DNA of 63,392 bases, the filler included, from Rhizaria sp. SCN 62-66 (Eukaryota), in NCBI GenBank assembly GCA_001724265.1. It is 3 parts of 3 records of this genome, joined end to end, with 100 filler letters (N's around TTAATTAATTAA, not from the genome) between each part and the next. Parts side by side here need not be neighbours in the genome. Positions count along the whole stretch, not along the records: positions 27,283 to 56,680 come from MEDY01000663.1; 2 more parts are not named here. One strand, 5' to 3'. Below, one piece after another: positions 46,001 to 55,000 of the stretch. A program made the position numbers and the translations under genes. The first letter of the stretch is position 1; the number at the start of each line of letters is the position of its first letter. The notes under the pieces were generated by a model. The model saw only the letters and a list, made by a program, of their open reading frames with translations, was not told the DNA's origin and did no database searches.

Positions 46001-49000
46001 CTGCGCAACTTTGTGCTGCAGATGGCGCCCGCGCTGTCGGCGCAGACCATCGTGCGCGTGTCGTTGTCCACCATCCGCGGCTCATGCGGCTTTGTGGCCA
46101 CCGACTCGGCTTCTTCCGGGAGCAGCAACAGCACCGCGGATCTGTCAACGACGTTCCAGGTGCTCTTCTATCTCGGTGACTCGCGCGTCAACTTTGCCGT
46201 CGCGTGCCGTGAGGCCACGACCGAGCGCCCGCACTTAATTGTCACTGCGATTGCCGGTGAGCGGTACATCACTGCACTGTCGCGGCCAATGCGCGTGCGC
46301 GGCCACCTGGAGTATTCCGATATCACTGCGCTCACATCGCCCATGACGTCGTTTACTACGAAGTCGATCTCAATTCGTCCCGTCCCTCTGCCGACTGAGG
46401 AGACCGTGATCCAGATCTCCGATGCGACCGCAGCTGGGTCGACCACGAACTGCGTGTTCCGCCTTTACGGCGCAACGACCGCGTATGGGGCTTCGCCGTT
46501 CACCTTTACGTACACGTCAACGATGGCGACGCAAGAAATCTCGTTCTACTGTCGCCGTGTTGACGCCTCGCTCGTCACTCCGTCGACGTACTTCACGATT
46601 ACCGCGCTTAATGACATCTACTTGTCCGCAGTTTCGCCCGGCGTTGCGCTGCGCGGCGCCTTGTGGATCGAAGACGCGGTGGCCCACGACGTCCTGACTG
46701 TGGCGCCTGTGCCGCTGCTGCCCATGGTGACCGTGCGCACGATGAAGCCGCACAAGCTGCGTCTGCGGATCCGTCCCGGAGTCAACTCCACCACGCTGTT
46801 TACGATCTTGTCGTCGCAGACCAAGTGTCTCGTGGGGCTGACCACCGAGCCCGCGGCCATGTCGGTCACGGTCACCGCAAACCCCGGAGTGGAGACGCTC
46901 GAGGCTTATCTCGTGTGCTCGCAGACGCAGGGCGACTCGCAGTCGGTCACGCTCACACTGCGCCCGCAGGCCGGCACCACGCCGTACGTGTCCTACACCT
47001 CGGCCGCGTTTACCGTTATGAGCACGTACGTTGTTACGCTGCCGTCGGGCGCCGCGTTCACGGAGTTCCACATCCGCGAGCCCTCGCGCCTGAAGCTATC
47101 TTTTGAGCCCACGACGGGTCTGCCGTATTTGACCACGTCGCGCGTGACCGTCCCAGCCGTGCTCGTGGGCGAATGTGTGCTCACGCCCGATGTCACCGGC
47201 ACCACGGCCCCTGCGGACACCGCTGTGTGGGCGAAGACGCTGACACTTACGGCGGCGGCCGGGAGCAAGGAGGTCTATTTCTGGATCCGCTGCAACGACT
47301 ACACGCGCGGCCGCTCTGTGGCTGCTGCCAGCATGCCGCGTCTCGAGATCACGCGCGAGAGCGGCGAGCTTTTCTGGCCGCTCACCACAGCGACGTTTGA
47401 GACGTACTACACCACGTGCGCCGTGTACGCTGACGTTAGCAACGGCGTCATCACGTCCACGCCGGCCGAGTTTGGCGTGCGCGGCTACGGCAGCGTGCTG
47501 ACGTATTCGTGCAACACGGGCTACAACCTTAACACCACGCTGTCCAACGCCGCCGTCGCCGCCGAGTGCAGCACGTCGACCAACGCGTACGGCCTGCCGG
47601 AGACGACGTGCACGCAGCAGGTGCGCTGCGCCTGGGACGGCTGGGCCGCCACGACCATGCCCGTCTGCTCGCTGCACCTGTGCCCGGTGATCCAGGCACC
47701 CACGTCCGGCTCCATCACGCGCACGCTCGGCTATAGCTCCGGCGAGTCGACCTACAACGCGTCGGCCACCTTCTCGTGCTCCGTGGGCTACTACGTCGAG
47801 GGCGCGACGGGCATCAAGTGCACGCGTGGCGGGTGGAGCGCGGCTGTGCCGCAGTGTCTCGGTGTTGTTTGCCCCACGCTCGAGTCGCGTGAAGGCGTCG
47901 ATGTGGAGTCGGTGTCCTTTAGCACGAATCCGCCGCGGTACACGTCCACGGCCACTTACGTCTGTCCCAGCGGCTACCGCGCCGTACTCAACAACACGCG
48001 CCGCTGTCTGGCGGACGGCACGTGGGACGGCGAGCCCGGTGTATGCACCACCAGCGAATGCACGCCGCTGCTGTACGACACGGAGCGCATGCAGCCGTTG
48101 ACGTACCGCAACGCCGCTGGTGTGACGCTGCCGTCGCGCACCAAGTACGACATGACGACGACGGTGACGTACGCGTGCAAGGCCGGCTACGAGTTCCAGA
48201 TCACCTCGGCCACGCACACGTCGGTGCGCACGTGCACAGACAACACGTGGATGCCGATCTACGTGCCGGTCTGCACGTACAAGACGTGCCCGTCACTCAC
48301 GCGCCAGTACGGCACGATTGTGCAAACCCCGGCGTCGCTGGCCAACAAGTTCTCCGTGAACCTGACAATGGCCTGCGCGTACGGCACGCTGCCCAACGCG
48401 CCGGACCTCACTTCAATCTGGTGCAACGAGACCGGCCAGTGGAGCGCGAACCTGACAACGTGCGATCCCAAGTACTGCGGCGCTCCGTCGACCAGCTCGT
48501 CCATGACTGTCGAAGTGGCGGACGGCGTTGCAAAGCAGGGCATTAACTACAACTCGTCGACCGCGGTCTACCGCTGCTCCGACGGCTACGACCTGTCGTA
48601 CGCCGGGTACGCGGTCAACGACGGCACGGGCGTTGTGGCGTACCGCGCAAGCTCGCTACAGCTGCGCGCAACGCGCACGTGCTTGCCCGACGGCTGGGTG
48701 CCCGCCGGCACGCCACAGTGCTCGCTGCACGTGTGCGCCGCGCTCACGGTGCCGACCAACGGCAAGGATGTGTTGTACACCTCACCCACTGGGGTTAGCA
48801 CGAACAGCTCGACGACGAACGCCGTGCGTGTGTACGGCAGTACGGCGCAGTACCGCTGCAACGCCGGCTACGAGCCTCGTAATGCGCAGGACACGTCGCA
48901 GGCGCATTCCGCGATGCGTTCGTGTGGCAACATTGACGTCGGATGGAACAACACGGAGCCTGCCTGTATCCCGTACAACTGCGGTCCTGCGCACACGATC

Positions 49001-52000
49001 CCGTATCTGGGCAACATCACCTACGAGTACGACCCGATCGTGACCCCGACGCCCACGAGTTACCTGTCTACCGCCGTCTACACCTGCGCCGATGGCTTCA
49101 TGATGCAGTCTGGTGGCGCGACCGCCACGCGCCAGTGTCTCGGCGCCGAGCTGGGCTGGAGTCCCACCCCGCCGGTGTGCGTTGACGTCAACGAATGCGA
49201 CGCCTCCGGTGCGTACTTCTTTGACTGCGCTGCCGCGTACGGCGCGAGCTCGCGCTGCATCAACACCTTCGGCTCGTTTGTCTGCACACCCTATGTGACG
49301 AGCTCGCCGGCGCTCGAGGCCGTTGTGACGGAGCAGCAGTACACGTCGTACATGCTCAACCCCAGTCTATACCCGCTACCAGCCACAGTCGACGCTTCGA
49401 CGCGCACGATTAACCCGGCTGACGCCTCCGGCGGCCAGCCCGTCGCATTCGCTGTTGCCCGCGGCCGTAACCTTGCTGCGCCATATGTCAAGGCAGTGAT
49501 GTTCTCGAACCCCAGCATCAGCGCGTTCCCCGGCTTGCTTAACTACGACTGCTACAACGTGAATGTGACTGACCATCCGACGTTCGCGGCAACGATGCTG
49601 CGCGTGCAGTGTCTGCTCTCGCCCGGCCAAGGCATGGACCTGTACCTGCGTGTTCAGTTCTGCTATGCGGAGAGTATCGAGATCGGCGCCAAGATCAACT
49701 GCGACCGCTGGAATTGGAACTGGGACGGCGCGACGGTGAACCACCCGGACATGGCCGTCAACAGCAACTACAAGCTGCGTTACCCGGCGCCGTCGTTTGT
49801 TGCGTCATCGCTTTTCTCTGTCACCTACGACTCCGGTCGTACCGACGACTACGTCATGCCCAGCGTAATGGGCGAGCAGATCGGCTTCGACGTGAGCAAT
49901 CTGTATTTTGACCGACCAAAGCTGCTGGCAATGCACATGGGCGAAGGATCGACGACAGATGACTTCCCGTACGACTGTGAGGTAAATATTAAGAAATCGC
50001 TTGAGCTTTCGACGGTCAACCGCACGATTGTGTGCCGCGTGCCTGACATGGTCAACAAGGCGAATCTTCTCTTTAAGCTTACACTTGCTGGCCATAGTGC
50101 CTACAGTAAGGACCAACTTTCGTACCCGCAAATCCCTCGCGTAGACTCCGTCACTGGATGCGCCCAGTCTTCAGCCAACTCGACTACCGGTGTCATCACC
50201 ACCAATGGCTGTTCTACTGAAGGCAGTGACTATTTGCACGTTACGGGCAACGCATTTATCGAACCGCTCACTGCGTTCGTGCACGGTCGTCGGTGTGTGA
50301 TTGAGCAGTACATCGACTCGACCAACTTTTACTGCCGCGTTCCAGTCGGCACGGGCTCAAGCTTGACGTTCATCGTCAAAGCCTCGACGCAGACTGTGCA
50401 GGTTGACAACTTGCTCAGCTACGCCGCACCTGTGATCGAATCCATTGACGGCTGCGCTTCGACTCAGTCGGGCGTAAACATGGTCGTTAACTGCGCTCGC
50501 CAGGGTGGCAACGTGCTTCTTATCCGCGGCCGCAACTTTGGTTACGACGGCGCCACAGTTACTATCGGTGGCATCTCGTGTCTCTACTCGCTGCCGCACC
50601 GCGTCGTGCGCTGCCACTTGCCGCCTGGCACTGGGCTGAACCAGCGCATTGTGCTCTCGCAGCGCTACGGCGCGGCGTCCACGCAGAATTTCTTCCTGTC
50701 TTACGTGCAGTGCACGGTGGGCACGTTCGAGCGCGGCTACTCGTGCCAGGCGTGCTACCCCGGTGAGTACAACAACCGCACGGGCTCACAGGCGCAGTGC
50801 ATTCAGTGCCCGTCCGGCACGCACGCGTCCGGCTACGGCTCCACGCAGTGTCTGTCCTGCCCCGCCGGCTCGTACTCGCCACTGGGCTCTGCGAGCTGCA
50901 TCCTGTGTCCGCGCGGCACGTTCTCGGGTGCCAAGGCGGACCGCTGCGCGCAGTGCGTGCCGGGCACGTACGCGTCGCGCGAGGGCAGCACGGCCTGCGC
51001 CAAGTGCGGCGAGAACGCAGAGCAGACGACCGACTACGCGTACTGCCAGTGCAAGGCGGGGTACTACCAGGCGCTCACGGGCGTGTGCACGGCCTGCGCC
51101 CACGGCGGCGACTGCAGCCTGGGCGGCACCACGGCGTACAGCATCGTGTCGCTCGAGTCGTACTCACCGTCCGCGATCCAGGACGACGTCGTAAAGGCCG
51201 TGCGCATGTCGATCGACCTGCACATGTCTGCCGTTACCGCCGCCGAGCAGGCCGCTGTTCGCGCGCTGGTGACCAAGGTGCTTTTCGACGACAACACACT
51301 GCCGCAGGAGCGCGTCGTGGTCTCCTCTATTACGCCGCAGATGATTGAGTCCGGAAGCTACTACGGCGCGCGCGTCGTGCTGCTGATCACGCCTTCGTAC
51401 AGCCAGAACGGCCTCGTTGCGCACACTGACACCGCAACAAAGTCCATGAGCCGCTACGCCAGTCTTATCAACAGCGAGATGTACGGCAGCAACAGCGCCA
51501 CTGATCTTACTGCTGTCAGTTCGGCTAACTTTGCGATTGCACAGTGGTCGACGCGCAATGCCACCGTTGCGCCCGAGATTGCGTCGCTGCTCGACATCAT
51601 CATGGCTCTTTTCCGCCGCGACAACACCACATCTGGCGGCTCCAACAACACTCTTTCTGTCGCGGAGAGCATTCTCGGCAGCGCATATGTGAGCGAGCCC
51701 TCGCTGGACATCGCGTTTGCGCGCCGCCCCGTGTCATCGTTCCAGGAGTGTTTCCACGAGGCGTGCATGTCCGGCAGCAACTGCAAGGCGGGCCACGGCG
51801 GCAACCTCTGCACGGTCTGTGAGCCCGGCTACGGCCGCCAGTCGACCTTTACGTGCCGCCAGTGCTTCAGCGCGCCTGTTCAGGCCCTGTACCTAACGGC
51901 CTCGATCCTGGCTGCGATCCTGATCTGCGCCGTGCTGGCGTGGAAGCAGATCGTCGACGGTCGTAAGTCGACCAACGAGCTGCCCGCGCCCGCCGTGCCG

Positions 52001-55000
52001 CTGTTGTTTAAGATCGCTGTCTCAGGCATCCAGATCTTCGCCATCGCTGCGCGCTACGACGTCTACTGGCCCGGCATTCTGCGTCCATTCTTTGACGCCA
52101 TGGACGTTATCGGCGGCCTCGGTACTACGATCGCCACACTCGACTGCTTCCTGCCGTACAACTTGTCGATCCGCCCGTTCTGGGTCTCATCCATTGCCAT
52201 CATGTTGCTGCCCCTGGTCGGCATTCTCCTGCCGCTGGCCGTGCTGTTGCCGAGCTACCTCTTGAACCGCCGTAACTACCACGATCAGGTCAAGCTTGCG
52301 CTCAAAGACCAGCGCAAGCACTTGGTAATCATGGCCGAGGAGTACCTCGAGTACACACAGGCGATGCGCCGCCGCCGCGCCGCCGAGGTTGCCTTGCAAG
52401 AGGAAAACAACATCGACAAGCCCGACGCAAAGCTGGGCCACGTCAAGCCCATCTGGGACTCAGTCGACGAATCAGGCGAGCTCGGTGTTGCCGGTCACAA
52501 TGCGTCACAGCTCGCTGCTTTGGCAACGATGCATGAAACCGCGATGCTTAAGGATGGCCGCAAGGTTTTTAGTGACATTCAGGTGCACGAGCGCGAGGAC
52601 CGTCGGACGCGTTTGCGCAGCAACTCAGACGAAGAAGAAGAGCACACTGCACGCATTGCAGGCAAATCGATGTCCGCGAGCGCAAGTGCGCAGAAGGCGG
52701 GACGCAGTGGCCCGCTGCCGCCCCCGCCCACACCCGCGACTCCTGCTGGCCCCGGATCAGCCTCTGCGTTGTCTGGTGCGGTCCTCGGAACTGCCGCCCG
52801 GGGCCGTGTTGTGCGTCGCCGCGTTGTCAAACGCACTCATGTTGCTGCTGCCAATAACTCGTCCGCGGGCGATGATTATGCCTCAGGCTCGGGTGCCAGT
52901 TCGAAGACCCGTCGCTCAACCCATGGAAGCGCCGCAGACACGGACAGCCAGCCTCGGTCTATCGCTGACACACTTGCGCTCTCGCCCGCACTATCACCGG
53001 CGCTGACCCCGGCGCTGTCGAGCATGGGCGCTGAAGTGCCTGCGTACATGACCGTGCATGCCGACGAAAGTACGCAGCTCGAGATGACGATGTTGCCGAA
53101 CACCATTGCGACCCATGCTGGCAACGCTGGTGCTGAGGATAATGACGCCGACAGCTTGTTCATGCACGCCGACGAGCTCGACTTCGTGCCTGTAGCAGTG
53201 CTGCCCAACGCGCACGCGCACGCCGCCTCGATCGCGCGCAAATCGCGCCCCGATCAGCGCCAGAACGACCCGCTGGCCAAGTACCGCGCCATGCAAGAGA
53301 AGCTTGAGCACGAGGCCGCCGCGGCCGTTGCCGAAGCCGCCGCGCTGCGCGCCGGTCGCGCGACTGCGATCGAGTCACCCTTCGTGCTTCCACAGGCCGC
53401 TGGCAGCATCAACACGGCTGGCGGCGTTGTCAGGGCCGGCAAACACAACGAGCTCGACATGCTGCACCTTGACAGCAACGCTAACGCCAGGGACCGCAAC
53501 GCGGGCGACATGTTCAACCTTGTCGAGACAGACAACCTGCCCGCCGACGCTGGCGCCGACTGCGGTGCGCGCGCGCTGGCTTCGGGCGCTCTCGCGGTGA
53601 ACGCGGACGTGTTCAACGACGTGTACATTGACGAGGAGGGTAACGAGTTCGACTTGCGCCAGGAGTACAGCGTGCAGAACGACGGCTTCAACAAGGACGA
53701 GGACTTTGAAGTCAGCTTCCTGCGCGAAGACAGCTTCAACATCAACGAGAACGTGCACAACCAGCACGCGGCGATGATGCTTGATGTTGCGCCCATTGCC
53801 GCCGACGAACATGCCACGCACGAACAGTTCGCCGCCATGATGGCGCGCTACATGCCGTTCCGGAAGGACCCGACTGCTGACGCCGCCGCTGCTGCCGCTG
53901 CTGGTGCTGGCGGCAACACCGCCGGTAGTGCAAAGCAGACCGACGAAGAGAAGCAGCAGCTGCGCCGCAGCCTGCTCGATAGTGTGGGCGGCGACGCTGT
54001 TGACGCTGCCGACGCCGCCAACATCAACTACCTGGCGACGGCCGAGTTCGAGCTGCTCTACGAGTCCGAGCTTTACCGTGTGCGTGCAGTGCGCAAGGAG
54101 CGTGCGATCGCCCGCGTGCGCGCACGTTCCCGGCGCGACTGGTATCTGAAGACATACGGCAAGGTGGCTGGCAAGAAAATGCTTCATGAGCTTGAGATTG
54201 CTGACGGCAACAAACGCCCCACTGCGGCCGAGTTGCGACACAATATTGATGTGACCGAGTCACGCTACTTGTTCGCACCAGCTGAACTGATCGGCTTCAT
54301 CGTCACGTCGATCACTGTCGTCATGTTCGTTATGCACCCCAACATCGCCAAGCAGTTTTTCACCTTTGTGTCGTGCCACGAAATCGGCGGCACGGACTGG
54401 GTCGGCGCCAGCTACTTCCTGGGTGACATGACTGTGCCCTGCTGGGGCAGCGACCACACGATGTTCTTCCTCGCGCTAGGTCTGCCAATGGGCCTGATCT
54501 GGGTTTTCGGCCTGCCGATGTTCGCGTGCTGGTACCTGTACAGCAACCGCGGGTTGATCCAGATGCACCACTCCGGCGTGTCGTCGGTGATGCGCAAGCG
54601 CAAGCTCGCGTTCGAGTCACGCATGGCCTTCCTGTACCGCGGCTACCGCACCACGCGCTACTACTGGTTCCTGGCCGAGCTCTTCCGCAAGGTCGTGCTC
54701 GTGGCGATCCCCGTCTTCTTCCCCGGCGCGCTGCACACGCAGCTCATCCTCGCCGCGCTCGTCGTGTTCCTCTTTATCGCCGCCCAGGTTTCTGCACGTC
54801 CCTTCGAGAACAAGATCACCGAGTTCGTCGAGTACTTCTCGCTCTTCAGCTCGTTCATGATCTTCTTCCTGGCCAACTTCCTCTTCATCGAGTCCGTAAA
54901 TAGCACCGTCAAGGACTCGGTGAAGTGGGTCATTGTCTTCATCCTCATCTTCTTCATCCTCGCTGTCGTCGTCGCCTTCATCCTGCTGGCGCGCGAGGAG

